Below, piece after piece: positions 1 through 13,600 of a stretch of DNA of 64,000 bases. Positions within the stretch are counted from its first letter, which is position 1; every line of letters starts with the position of its first letter. The stretch lies in contig NW_002060945.1 of the NCBI RefSeq assembly GCF_000150275.1, positions 6,272,612 to 6,336,611 on the forward strand, given 5' to 3'. The notes under the pieces were generated by a model. The model was given only the letters and a program-made list of their open reading frames with translations. It did no database searches and was not told the DNA's origin. Position numbers and translations under genes: made by a program. The DNA is from Trichoplax adhaerens. Taxonomy: Eukaryota; Animalia; Placozoa.

Positions 1-3000
1 GCGGGCACCCAGAAGTTTTTAGTTGTCGTCACAATATTGGAAGGTAAGCCTATATAACTTTCATCATCCTTGATGGATGGTGAATGAAATAGATGATGAA
101 TGATTTGTTAGTGTAACACAAGATACAGAATCCCACTTTTCCAACATTGTCCGTAGCCACCGATTGGAATTCACAAGCTTGCTGTCAATCGGAACTCGCT
201 CGTCCGATGGACCATCATGCAAGTCCCTACCTCCACTATGATGATTCACGACTAAATATATCATTTGGCCAATAGAAATAGACACATAGTGCAAGTAGCC
301 TCTTGAAATATCGATGGACTCAATTGAAAAGGCCAATATTGTGCAATATTAGTATTATACTACCTTAATTTTGAGGGCTTATGCATTAGTAACGATTATT
401 TTTTCTTGTCCGTGTAATACGGTACTGCCATCGAGTGATATTGCTTTACTTGTATCGAGCAACAAATCCATCGCTTATCTAAACAATTCCAATGGATTCC
501 CTATCACTTTGTAAAATTTCAACGTTATCACTCAAATGCTCTCCTTTTACAATAATAGCAATTATCACACTACAAATGTCGCCCAATCTCAGATACCAAA
601 TGCCAAGTCATCATACATGCAATGCTGATTGATTGTATTCCCATCTAGACTACCTGTATAAACGATCGATTTAAATTCAATTTTTAAATTGGCGGTACGG
701 ATAATTTGAATAACAAGTTGAACTACTACAAATGGTGCACAGTCTCGGATACCCGATGCAAAGTCTTCTTACATTTGCAACCTTTGTAGGCTACGTGTAT
801 AAACCAACGATTCAAATTTAAATTCAAATTGGAGATACTGATAATAATAACAAGTTTAATTAACGGTTACAAATGTTGCTTCCAGTCTCGGATACCAAAT
901 GCAAAGTCATCGTATAGACATGTAATCCTGATAGATTGCATTTTCATGTAGACTACGTGCATAAACGATCAATTCAAATTCAAATTCAAATTGGAGATAC
1001 TGGTAATAACAAGATCAACTACTATCATACTGTACTGTACAAATGCCACCCAGTCTCTGATAGATTGCATTCCATGTAGGCTACTTACTATACAACAACT
1101 GTCGATTAAAGTGAAAATTGGAGGTAATGATGGATACAAGTAGCGAGACAATCAACTGTTGATAAATGATGGAATGAACAATTCTTGAGATCTCACAATG
1201 CTATAATTTAGGTTCTTGATGATATGTTTGAGTGCTATTACATTTACCATTTATACGAGTAATAGAACGATTAAGGTATTCGATGAATACTAGTACTGTG
1301 CATTTAAGCAATATCGTTTCAGTTTACGGATTCATTTTACAACCGTCAAAGGGATTTCGCCACCTTATAATTACAATATAATTTTAGTCAGTTCCTTGAT
1401 TTTTAATGAATTAACCTAGATTTATTGTTACAGCCTACGCTATAATAATACGTACGTAATATATGTGATGGGATAACGTTTATTTCCTCTCATCGATTGT
1501 TACACTAACTGCTTAGATGAATGCGATCAAACCTGTAGATCGTGTGCACTTGCGATTAATATTGTCATTAGCTATCGCATGATGCATAATGTCATCTTTA
1601 AAAGTTTTTATATTTCACACGAACACTTACTTGAGATCATAAATAAGTAAAATGGTTGTAATTTGAAAGGTCGATACTTTCCAAGATTGCAAAATCATCA
1701 GCTCACGGTAGAAACTAAGTTTGATGGTGAATCTATGAGTACGGATCCTGTCGGGCATACTAGCTCGCCATTCTTTGGGACTGAACTAGCATGGGAAATG
1801 GACAAGAAGGCATTACACCAACACCGTATGCAAAGGACACCAATTAAACTACAGGTACAAGTGTAGTGATATCATGCATTCCCAATTATATAAAGGCAAA
1901 CACTAGTTTATTACTTAATAGTTATCATATATTATACAATATAGCTTTGTATCTGATTGATTGTGAATTCTTCTTGACGCTAATATCATGCAATTGTTAG
2001 TGCATTGTTGAAGACTTAAGTATTGGTACACGAGAAGTTGCTGGCTATATCATGTTAGATTTAAGAATGGCGCAGAAAAAGCCACAAGTGAGATAACAAA
2101 TAAATAACCTTTTGATGACTTTTAATTCTTAATTTGCATGGTATTTATCCTTAAAATCAAATCAATCCTGATACGATTTAGAAGGCAATTTGGTATCCTT
2201 TACTCAGTACGTCCGGCAATTATAAAAAGAGAAAACCGGAATTGCAAGTAATGATGACCTTAGAAAGTGAAGCTAATGAAGATAACGAAAATAATTTTAC
2301 TGCTCAACCTTTGCCTAAATACTTGCATAAAAATCAAAAACGTAAGCATGCTATAATCATAAGTCGATTGACTACATGCAATATTACGTAGTGTACAGTA
2401 CACATCTTTATTTGTGAATTATAAACCGTGCAATAGACTGGCATCAAGAGCGTTATTGTACTATATTTTACTAGCACATAAATCAGGTAGCGAGTTGTCA
2501 AGTGCATCCGAAGACGAATTTCATACAAAGATCAATCCGGTCTTAGTAGAAGATAGCGAAGGATTCTTTTTCCAAATTGGGCCTAATAAGAGGGCAGCAG
2601 ATCATTTTTTGCTATCCTTATCTATACTATATGGAAAAAATTTAATACAGGTTATTGCTGCATTATGATAAGTAATAAAATCCAAGATTTACACTGGTAA
2701 ATATACATATATTATGACTATCATTTTTAACCATACAGTATTCTCTATTTCTTAGCTAATCCCATCATCAGCACGATTGTCAGAAAAGAATCCTTCCGTT
2801 GCTGGATACTATTTTCGATACTATATTTTCGATAACGAAATTACAAATATGTATTTTTACGATCTACTGAATCCTGAATTTAAACCAGAACGAGCATCGG
2901 TTCGACTACGAAGTAATCCCGAGTACTTAATAAATTACTTTAGTCGTAATCCGGCCATTGAGGTATAATAAATTAAAATTTTTTATTCGTCTCTATTTAA

Positions 3001-6000
3001 ATCCTCAAGGTAAAATTTACAAATTACTAGTAGGCAGATTTAACAAATCGTTATTAATCTATTGCAGATCGATCTTTGTTGTGGTCAACAAGTCCTTGGT
3101 GTTGCTCAAGTTCCCACTCAAGGATTATTGCAAAAGTTAGGATCAACCGCAGTAGATGGAATGTTCCACTTACTTATGCCAAATCAGTTGACACCCTGGG
3201 ACTCTGATGCAGTAGCACCTGCAGTCAGTGTTACCATCACTTTAAGAAGGTTGTCACAGTCAACAGAAACTCAAGCTAGCAAAAGCAAATCGAACGAAAT
3301 GACTGTTGATCGGGAAAATCAAGGAAAAAGAGAAGATGGCCAAGCGAAGGAAAAGAACCAACCCATATACTCCATTAAATCGATAGAGGAAAATATAAAG
3401 ACAGTGGTACTTGATGATGAGGGTCAAAAATTGGGTGAAAAGCCTCATAGTACTTACGATAGTAACCCTAATGCTGGAAAAGATATTTTAAATCAGGAGG
3501 TAATCAAATTTAAATATCAAGAATTGTTAATTAATAATAAGAATTTGATTAAAAAAATCAATTATCTACTTTAAAAAATATCATGTAGGAAATAGGAAAA
3601 CCTGCAGAGCCAGTATCAACAGCCGTTAATCAATATCTAGATGAAAATAATGCAAAGGCGACAACGTCTGTACTCACTGGTTCTAATCAATATCAAGCAA
3701 TAGCTGCCAGAATAGAGCAAGGGCAACATCATTATCGATTTACAATCGACCTTAGAACAATTCGAAACTTAAATGTCGGCTTTTATTGTAACTGCTTTTT
3801 GAGGTATAAGCACATTGTTAGAATTATGACATACTGTACTGTATTTATGATATATATTAATGATTGCTTTTGTTTTGATAGATATACGTATCCATATTTT
3901 GGGAGTAGCTCTCCGATTATTACAGCTCCACCGATTGAAATCACTCGTAATATGGAAGCTAGACTTCCTAACTCTCATTGCACCTTTAATTTCGCTTGTA
4001 CGCCTAAAATGTTGCGCGATACTACAACCAAGTAAGTTTTGTTCAGTCAGATGATAGTGGATATTATTTTTGTAAATATAAAAATCATCGTCGGTATGAT
4101 AAGTAATTAAACATTTTTAATAATTTAGTACGCCCTTAATGGTTGAAGTGTGGCATCGTGATAAAGTCAGCAATGATGTATTGATGGGTCTAGCTCAAAT
4201 TTCACTAGCTGAAGTATTACAATGTGATAAGCAAAAGATTTCTGTAAGATCTTGTTTCCGTTAGTCGTTTCATTGATTTTGGATTCATTCATTTGTCACT
4301 ATTTCGAGAAGGTTGTTAACATGGGTTTTACCTGTTTATGTACATAATCTGTATTCACAGCTTAGCACTGGGTCCGTAGGTTATAAGCAAAGTGTTAAGC
4401 GGACAACGCACATCACTTCCTCATCAGAGTAAGTTATTATCTCTATTAGATCATGCTAGATCCCAATTTCGTAAATTTCGTGTCGTTTACAGATTCATGA
4501 TTTCTTGAGTTTAGAATAGTAGCAATTCGACATTTATGTGTTATGTTACATGATTGACCTACTCCTAGATCGAAAAGAATTGGTAATTTAGATATCATAC
4601 TAGAACTGGACGATTTAGGCGAAGTTTTAAAACCTGATACGACTGCATCACGTGTAAGTTTATTTGCATTCATTTCTTATTAGCTCTTATATGCTATTGT
4701 ATCATTGCTGACATTCATCCTTTTTGTTTAGTCATCCGATGTACCTTCAATTGCAGCAAACGCCCATAACCAAACTGATACGTACAATCATTCTGATGTT
4801 GATCAATTTGAAAAGCACTACCGTGAAACGCCACAATACCAGGCAGCGTTAGAACTGGAAATTTGGAAAGAAAAACAAAAGGACTTATTTCTCGCTGAGG
4901 TTACTAACAATAAATTTTGCTATCCAATTAAAAACAGAATTGCCAAATATGCTTATCCTGTTTCACACAGTTAAAAAAGAAGGAAGAGGAATACATGAGA
5001 CTGATGGCCCAAGAGTGGAAACAGAGAGACAGTGAACGAGAGATTCTAGTTAGAAAGAAGGTGAATTTCGAAGTGGATTCTTTATAGATTTTTATAATAG
5101 CAATTGTTAGTAAATCTGCGTTTATTCTTTACCTCTCAGGTTGATGAATATACCAAGTTGACGGATAAACTTAAGACCTCTATTGCTGACTTAGAAAAAC
5201 GTGAGAGACAGCTAACCTTAGGAGAGAATGAACTGAGTCGTTTACGAGATGAAATCCAAAGGGAATTACAGTTAAAACTGAATGAAATGAACGAAGCATC
5301 TAGAAGATTCCAAGAAGATTGTGAACATCGAGTTACATTGGAAAGGTATACATTACATTGATCAGCATTTGTAATGCCATCTATGATAAATTAGTAATCA
5401 ATTTTAATTCTATCCTTTTAGGGCTAAGGTTCTTGATTTAGAAGAGCAAAAACAAAAGTTATTCGCCGATGTTAGTAGCTCTTGTTTATTTTATTTGCTA
5501 TTAATCCTACTGAGATTTTTTATTCGGAAATGAATCCAGTCATAACAAATTTATTTATCCTCTCCCGGAATTTTGCAGTTGAAAGAAGCTGAGAATCGAT
5601 ATAGAGAAAGGGAATCAGATTTTGATAAGTATAAGAATCAACAAAATAGTAAACCTGAGGCACAGCTCAGAGCTGATATTAACATGTTAACATTGGAAAA
5701 GGTTTGAAATTTATTGGATAATTTGTCATTTTTTCTATCGTTAAAGTCCATTATTCTTAGAATATAATCCTAACGAGTTACTATTTTGTTACGATTGCTT
5801 AGGTTGAGCTACAACGAAAGCTGGATGCTACTATAAAATCGAAGCAACATTACAAAGAACAATGGAGTGAAGCATTGAAAGAATTAGCGCGGTTGAGAGA
5901 ACGTGAACGTGTAAATGAAAAGACTAGACTGCAGAAACAAGCCAGAGAGTTAGAACATTTACGATTGCGCTATTTAGCGCAAGAAGAAAAGGGAGTAATG

Positions 6001-6497
6001 AAAAATGATAAAAATGAGTTGGAAACATTAAAAGAGGAGATTAAAAGGTAACTAAACTTATCAACGCAATAGTATCAACTCGTATTGATGGGTGAAATAG
6101 TAGATTGAATCCGTTCTGCTGTAGAGCAATGGATTCTAAATTTAGATATTACTGCTAATTTTTGGTCTGTAACCAACCTTGCTTCAGCGTACTGATTCAA
6201 GACCTCAGAGAATATTGTATTTATCTGTAAATGATGATCTATTTCAATACTTGCAGCCTGGCTACATCAATTCGGCAGACAGGCCACAAGACCCAGGAAT
6301 TATCAACTGAATTAAAGGAAAAACAAAAGAAACAAGCTATCGCCGCTGAAGTCAACCAGGAAGAATTAGAACAGCAGATTGCCAGACTAATTGAAGAACG
6401 AGATACTTTAATGAGCGCTGGGGCATATACAGTAGACGATAAAATAATCCGTGAGCTAGATAAGAATATCAGAGATACTCTAGCCCGTCAGGCGTGA
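1..6497 (+). CDS. CEP120: Centrosomal protein CEP120 (three C2 domains plus C-terminal coiled coil), 19 exons; ATG probably just upstream of the window
   Basis: Exon 1-43 ([15 protein letters not shown]) splices to 1670-1854 ([44 protein letters not shown]), matching the CEP120 N-terminal C2A. Further GT-AG exons at approx. 2001-2087, 2181-2341, 2476-2650, 2756-2962, 3068-3499, 3589-3802, 3881-4032, 4129-4243, 4361-4427, 4569-4654, 4732-4900, 4971-5060, 5140-5345, 5422-5470, 5579-5701, 5803-6047 and 6257-6497. C-terminus [26 protein letters not shown] is CEP120-like. Confidence 0.93.
570..1140. repeat. Degenerate tandem repeat, about 4 units of ~150 bp, in CEP120 intron 1
   Basis: Recurring blocks TACAAATG..CAGTCTCGGATACC.AATGCAAAGTC..TGTAG.CTAC..TAAAC..AAATTGGAGATACTG..AACAAG. 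Confidence 0.75.
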
Positions 6498-6983
6498 TGA
6501 CACTGCTGGTTGTGGCAAGAAATACTGTCGTTGTAGTAGTTTATATCGTTTTGTGTTGTACAGGTGCAAATACACCTGTGGCAAATTTTAAAAGTGTAAT
6601 GTATTTAAAATATGACGAAACCGTTAATTTTTAAAAACTGCTACTGGTGCAGCTCATTCTTTCTCATATGCAGTTTTATTCTACAGTGTTGAAATCAAAT
6701 TTGTCTTTTTAGCTATACTAAGGTCCATCATTGATTTAATTTAACAAGCCAAGATCCACTGTTTTGTTCTTATACATCTACTGTATAAACGCACATGTGG
6801 CAGCGAATAGTTGTCATAACATAATTTATACGAGCATATAGTAGACACACTACACTAATACCGAAACCTAGATCCATGTAGTAGCTCAATAGCCTAGATT
6901 TAAAACAATTTCGTTTTATTTATTTTGAAAGTACAAATGATTATTACAAGACGTAACCATACGAGGTACAGTACAGTTGGTAA

Positions 6984-8722
6984 TTAAAACTGGATCATTT
7001 GTCCCTGTAATAAGAAAGTAATGATAATAAGATTACCTATTAAGGCAATATATATTATATTAGCGAGTTGAATCAAATGCTTGCTAAACTGTATATATAT
7101 ATATAATAACTTGCATCGTTTTGAAAAGTATACTGTTTCAGTGTTATTACCGAGATACGTAATGTACAATCAATAAATCATTCAACATTTATTCTATGGC
7201 ATTGGCAATAAACGATTCTGTTATCTCGACTAGCAAACGTAGCAAAGTATCTAATTGAAATGCACTTCGCTGTATTTGTTACAAGTCAAAAAATAATACA
7301 TATACAGTACCTTTCTCTTCTTATCACCACCAAGTTCGAAATGTTTGCATCGTTTCAATGCCATCATCTTACGCGCCTTAGTTTCTGTACATTCTAACCG
7401 TAAAACAATCTTTTTCGTGGTTTTTGCCTAATGAACAGATAGGAATCCGAATGTTATTTGATATCATACGTTAGGTATCAATACGAAATTCACATCGCAT
7501 TGTATTTAATGAAACTGAATATAAGGGATTTTTGTATGAGATTAAATTCACTTTGGTTTAACACAACAACTTGGTACCTTTTTGTGAAAGATAGGCTTCG
7601 TTTGGCCTCCATAACCTCTTTGTTTTCGATCATACCGACGTTTCCCTAAGTATTTGTTCAAGATTTGATAGTAACAACGTGTTATCCAAGATACAACAGG
7701 AGATGCTGGTAATGTGCATTGGTGAAGACAATTTAACACATCCAGAGGCTTATACTAGTATTCATCATGGAGAATGCATCTTTAAATCAATTTATATTAG
7801 GGACACTTGTGCTTTTGCATTTGTGCTAATTTGCACACACCAATAATATCAGAATTCAAGTTTATCATCTCTGCATAATTCAGTAGCAGAACTGGTAAAG
7901 TTTTCATCATAGTACATAGTCTCGACGTTGTGTCCCGTTCAGTTTAAAATTTGAATAAAAGTACAAAATTCTATTGCTCAATTTAAAAAGTACAAGGAAA
8001 ACTGAATTATAAGCCCCACCAGCAAAATATAGTATCATTCTATAGGTTGTTGAATAGGGTACTGGTGTGAGATATCGCTAGTATTGAGTATCTATCTACT
8101 GTATTCATAAAAACGATCAAGCTAATCATGATCATATCCACAAAACTTAGAAATTGTTGTACTATGTCATTGTCAATATATCAAGATCACTAGGTTCCTA
8201 TCACGACAGTCGTGCGAAAAGAAATCTTTGCAAATTACAAAATTCTTCCACAAGGACTGTATAGCAACCTAAGCTATTCTGAGTTTGTTGGTGCAGTACT
8301 GTATTGATTTCAAGCGATCATCGATCGAATCAATTACCTACTTTCCCATTGTACAGACATTGCCAATTTGTGTTGATATCAACTAACCTTGTGGATGAAC
8401 AGAAGCTTTTCCAGCTTTATATTGGGTAACTTTATGGACGGTATGCCTTTTGGCTTTTTTACAATAAGTCCTACGAACCTTGGGTACGTTAACCTATTCA
8501 AAGGCAAAGGTGCAAAAGTCAGCATTTTAACGATCACAACGACAAAGTGAACGGATGCCTGTCCGTGGCAAATTCGTTCTTCAGTAGCAAGTTTATTGGT
8601 TTCAAATAGCGATAGGAAGTTAAAATAACCGTGATAAGAGTCATTTATGATAAAAATGTTCAACAGAAGTAACCGATGGCAGCAATAGCCTATGGATGAA
8701 CTACATTGATCTTACTCACCAT
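6984..8722 (-). CDS. RPL36A: 60S ribosomal protein L36a/L44 (eL42), 104 aa, 5 coding exons
   Basis: Exons 8722-8720 (ATG), 8493-8388 ([35 protein letters not shown]), 7645-7578 ([23 protein letters not shown]), 7427-7311 ([39 protein letters not shown]) and 7004-6984 (GQMIQF*). All introns GT-AG with consistent phases; AATAAA on the minus strand at ~6915-6924. Confidence 0.97.
7845..7915 (-). ncRNA. SNORD38: Box C/D snoRNA, SNORD38 (U38)/snR61 family, in RPL36A intron 2
   Basis: Minus strand reads ATGATGA (C, 7910-7904) aaacttta CCAGTTCTGCTA CTGA (D') attatgca GAGATGA (C') taaacttgaatt CTGA (D, 7852-7849). The guide is complementary to the conserved LSU rRNA segment AGCAGAACUGG. Layout matches human U38 as I recall it. 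Confidence 0.88.
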
Positions 8723-8746
8723 GTTGAAAGTGAAATGGCACGGAAC

Positions 8747-8754
8747 GAAAAGAA
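8747..8754 (-). promoter_or_regulatory. Candidate TCT/5'TOP initiator of RPL36A
   Basis: TTCTTTTC pyrimidine tract about 25-30 nt upstream of the ATG on the minus strand, typical of ribosomal protein genes. Confidence 0.6.
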
Positions 8755-8789
8755 CCAGTTTGGCTGTTGGGTAAGAATTTAAACTGTTT

Positions 8790-9790
8790 GTGTACTGTAT
8801 GGTGCAGTACATTACAGTACTGTATGTACAGTACAGTAATCCACGCGCGTCGTGCGCATTTTCACCATCCATTTTGTACTGTACACTGTAGAGTTGTAAC
8901 TGTACACTGTAGCATACAGTACAGTGATGTACAGTGTTCATTATAATGTGCTATACTGTACAATCTACCGTATCACTTGCACGGAACACAATACAGTAAT
9001 GTTATGTTGTACAGTACAGTAACAGGATCGTAAAAACGTGGCCATTGCCCAATGAGTACTGTACTGTACTGTATATAGATCATAAAGGTATTGAACCGAA
9101 CCGGACCAAATCGATCTGCACCGATCTGAGATCTACCAATGACTGCCACATACTGTACAGTGTACAGTACCACGCCATACTGTACTATCGACTGTACCGT
9201 ACAGTACGCCTGAAAGGAAGTACTGTAAACAAAAGCATGCTAGGGACTCCAGTCCTGTAACTCGAATAATCATGTTCACAGGATTGTAAAATCGACCAGT
9301 TCATGACTACAGTACGGCATAAAGTGTAAAAACGAACCTGGCCGCTTTCATCAGCTCCGATATCTGATGAACTTTTGCATTTCTTAAGAAATGAGATGTA
9401 AAACAGACCATACTCTCTAAGTAGAAAAAGTAGACTCTCTTCTAGTTCTAGCAACTGGTTAACATCAGGTCCCTACAGTGTACAGTCTACTGTCGTTAGC
9501 ATACAGTACTGTACCGGATTCAAAATTATACTGTACTGTACAGTAGTATCACACACAGGTCACGACGGTCCAGTACAGTCTTATGTACTGTAGAAAGGTT
9601 CCCATTGAAAAGCATTTCGCTGACACAATTGTGAACAACACCCACGTGGACACGTTTGCTACAGAACACAGTACTGTACAATGTACAGTACATACCGTAA
9701 ATCAACAGCAACTTGTACAGATGGTCTACAGTACTGTACTGTACTGTACAGTACTGTCCTGTACTGTGTAATATACTGTACAGTGTATAT
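8790..9790. repeat. TACAG/CTGTA (TACTGTACAGTA) low-complexity tract immediately upstream of RPL36A
   Basis: Dozens of TACAG/TACTG/CTGTA pentamers in both orientations, interspersed with CpG-rich patches (e.g. CCACGCGCGTCGTGCGC at ~8841). Confidence 0.85.
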
Positions 9791-10040
9791 CTTCAATACA
9801 CTTATCCAAACATATCGGCCAGTTGTTAGCAAAACTATCATGAAGATCTTGATTTAATTCGTTAAAACTCGTCCAATTTGCCTATTCATTATTATTATAG
9901 ACTAGCTTACACGGACCTTTTTTAATTTTGGAATAGAAGCAGATTTCATCTTAAGTTGGTAGGCCTAACTTTATTGTGGTTGAGTAAACTCATACAGAAT
10001 AAGATATAGTCAAGCGCATTACATCCATCGAGGGAATGTC

Positions 10041-10620
10041 GGGGCTCATAACACAAATACTTCCAGTTGATTCATATACGGTATTTCAGGGCTCATTGCA
10101 CAAATACTTCCAGTTGATTAGTTGATTCGTACAGGGTGGTGCGTTAATTCCATCATAATAAGAGTTTCATAATTTTTGCCATTTCATCAGATCGATTACA
10201 GGGTTGACAGGCTCCTTCGATCATATATATGTATATGTTACCTATATATATATATATATAATTATCCATATACGGTATGTCAGGGCTCATTGCACAAATA
10301 CTTCCAGCTAATTAGTTGATTCGTACAGGGTGGTGCGTTAATTCCATCATAATAAGACTTTCATAATTTTTGCCATTTCATCAGATCGATTACAGGGTTG
10401 ACAGGCTCCTTCGATCATATATATGTATATATGTATATAATTATCCATATACGGTATGTCAGGGTTCATTGCACAAATACTTCCAGTTGATTCGTACGGC
10501 ATGGTGCGTTAATTCCATCATAATAAGATTTTCATAAATTCTTGCCATTTCATCAGATCGATTACAGGGTTGACAGGCTCCTTCCATTATATATATGTAT
10601 CTATATATAATTATAGTATT
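10041..10620. repeat. Near-identical tandem repeat, 3 full units of ~165-195 bp plus a partial unit
   Basis: CAGGGCTCATTGCACAAATACTTCCAG...GGTGCGTTAATTCCATCATAATAAG...CAGATCGATTACAGGGTTGACAGGCTCCTTC followed by a variable (AT)n; units start at ~10087, ~10281 and ~10460. Confidence 0.92.
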
Positions 10621-13600
10621 TGCACATACGAGTATAGTTGCGGTACATTTCCGGTACATTTTACACGCTTTAGAATCTGTTGTGCGCTAGTTAGCACGGT
10701 TATCCAACAATTCTGCGATATTATAATAGCGTGATAATTAAATTATTCATTGACAGTAATAATATTTCAACCCTCATACTTTATTCATAGCTTATTTAGG
10801 CTATAATTCATGATGGATCAACTTCATCTACATATTTTATTTTGCGTGAATATGCTTCAAAGTTTTAGTGACATAATTATTGATAGTGGAAATCAGCAGA
10901 ATTGAAATATCCTATTTTTGTTTATGTACAAGCATATTCCAATATTGTATTCAATTAGTTCTATAATTATTGTATTGGTAATTAAATAGACCATGGTATT
11001 AATTGTAGCTGGTATAGAAATAGAGGTTATATACAGAGCATAAAAAATTGATGCGAAACACAATTGCAAGACGTAAATCAATAGAATTTTTATTTCTGCA
11101 AGAATATCAAATCGACTCCAAAAATACACTTATATGCTCTATAAAGTAGATGTAAAAATTAAATTTGCAAATGCAGAGATTATAGCATCGATTACAACGA
11201 TATCAAATGAGAAAATTATACTGTATTCATTAAGATCATTATTAGTTTTGATTTATATGTGAAAATACTGTCAGAAAATTTCTTACAATGCATCAAACAA
11301 AAGCAAGTAAAAGTAACATCATAATCGAATCAAAGATTAGAGTAATAATAAGTTGGCGAGAATTTGACAAGAAGGGTATACTACGCTATGTCGTGAGATA
11401 GAAATAGTCTCAATCGTAAAATTTTTTGCTTTATCCAGCTACAGTTTTGATTTACATAGAAAGCCCAAACTTGATTGAAAATGCTTACTGAATGCACAGT
11501 AAATTATGCTCATACTATTTTATCTATTTGTTTAGCTTACTTATTTTTAAGGCTAGGGTAATGACTTTTGATACGAAAGTAAACGAAAAACAATATCATG
11601 CTATTATCATAATAAAACAACTGGTCAAAATCATTGTTGACTAGGGTTGATTTTAATTTTTAGCCATGACTATTTACCTTCAAGAATGAATAAATGAATA
11701 GTATACACCTCATGTAAATTAAAATATAGACAACGTTGTAAATAACCACTGTGACGATAGCCCCATCGAGTGTACTGTAGACTATGTTGTATCATGTCTA
11801 ATCAATTATCTAATAACAACGGTTAGACCGTTGAAGATGATCCTATTATAGTATCTATCTAATTAATCGTGGTCCCAAAAATCTCAGTTTGACTTCTTAT
11901 CCCTTCCGATCTCGATAGTCTAGATATTTATAAGATCCAATGATACTGCTACCGTTCAAGTACAAAATCCAGTTAATTCGCGAAATGCCTGGTCAATTTT
12001 CAAAATGCCATGCATCTTGTATTATTAAGCGATACAAATGCTTTAAGGCTAATGCTAATGCTAAGTGCCACAGTAAATGTCATAGTTAGAGAACTTGTAA
12101 AAATAAATAATAATTTTCGTAATCAGAACATTATCAATTCAATAATAACTACTTAATTGATACCACTATCAAATAAATAATACCTTTAAAAGAAACAAGG
12201 CTTAACGACTATTATAGTCCAACATTGTTAATTATAAAATATGCATAGTTGATGAATTGTATAATGAATAGTGATTAGAAAGGATATTATGGTAGTATGC
12301 AAGGAGATGTCAATTTTGTTCTTAAATCTAAAAGTATGGTAATATTCCTCCATACATCTAATTCATCGACTATACAGACTATAGAACAAAAGTTGTTGAT
12401 TACTATCGGATTGAAATAATTTAGAATAACTGTAATCCTAGGACCAATAAGATGAATTATTTTATTGTATTGATCAAGATGCTACTGTTAAGAAAGAATA
12501 AATTACATAACAATATGATCTATTCACTTCAACATTGACGTAAGATGGAATTGTATTCTTTAGGTGCCTCAGTAATGTTGAATTATTTTTCAAGATATAT
12601 TTTTCTATCTATCAAATAATTGATGCTTATGAAGTATAGCTTAATACAGAAAAGATCAATCGATTGAAATACCGATGGCTTGTATTTATTCATATTATAC
12701 ATTATAATAGATATACAGTGAATCAACAGGTAATACCCCCCTCCTCTCTTCATTCCTGACTCGAGAACTTTTGATGATAGTGAATATATGAATATAATTA
12801 ATTTGAGTTATTTTTATAGTCGGTCGCTAATGACCCGCTAATGTATTGTATTATTTATAAAGTAGGCTGTTAGGCAACCAAATATGTATCTATAATAGAC
12901 TGCCAGTAGTGGGTTGAAAAAGTCAGTAAGTTTTAATACTAATGAATAGAGTCTATTTGCATATATTTTATACAAGTGGGTATAGTCCATACTGATTCAT
13001 ATTACGCTTTATACAATTGGTTGCAATCTATACTGTAGACTATATTAATAAATGGTCTTTACCTATTTAAGATACGGTCGATCCTTTTTTTCTTATCGTC
13101 TATAGACTGTCTGATCGAGGATAGTCCTACCATTATTGTATTTTCAAGATATTTAATAATTTCAAGTGAAATTAGAATTACTTGAATTTTACTTTTAATG
13201 CATGTTGGCTATTATAACTCATTTCAATTGGATGATAAGTCATACTGTTATGATTGATCGCCGGTTTTAATCCAGTTCTATTCTATATCAGAAGCAAAAT
13301 ATGTAAGTGACCAAACATTAAGTTATTCTTTTCTTATTACCATTATATCATCATCATTTGGATATAACGCTACAGTGATCCCTTCCTATTTTAGAATAAA
13401 GCTAATTGGATATTATCGATGGAGTAATTTCTGATTCTATCTCTTTCTATATATATACTATTTAGTCCTTTATAGTAACATATTAAGATAAAAATGATGA
13501 TTGTAGATTAGATTGACTCGAGGGGAATTAATTATTTTTGTATTTCGTTTGATCACCTGGATATTTTTCTCTCGACGATATGATCTCTAATTATCTCTAC

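Noticed and set aside
7690-7770. Second box C (ATGATGA, minus strand 7768-7762) in RPL36A intron 2
   Set aside because: No CTGA box D at a suitable distance and no rRNA complement that I can recognise
8005-8215. Hairpins in RPL36A intron 2 suggestive of an H/ACA snoRNA
   Set aside because: Could not place an H box and ACA in the correct two-hairpin geometry; needs a covariance-model search
9347-9415. CTGATGA...GAAA resembling a hammerhead ribozyme core, next to a TTCATCAG/CTGATGAA hairpin
   Set aside because: No stem II can form between CTGATGA and GAAA, and there is no stem I/III with an NUH site
8690-9841. Multiple short Y/C/T/V-rich ORFs on both strands
   Set aside because: Translation artefacts of the TACAG/CTGTA tract
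10041-10620. Repeat-spacer appearance (CRISPR-like)
   Set aside because: Eukaryotic context, ~140 bp repeat cores, (AT)n spacers and no cas genes
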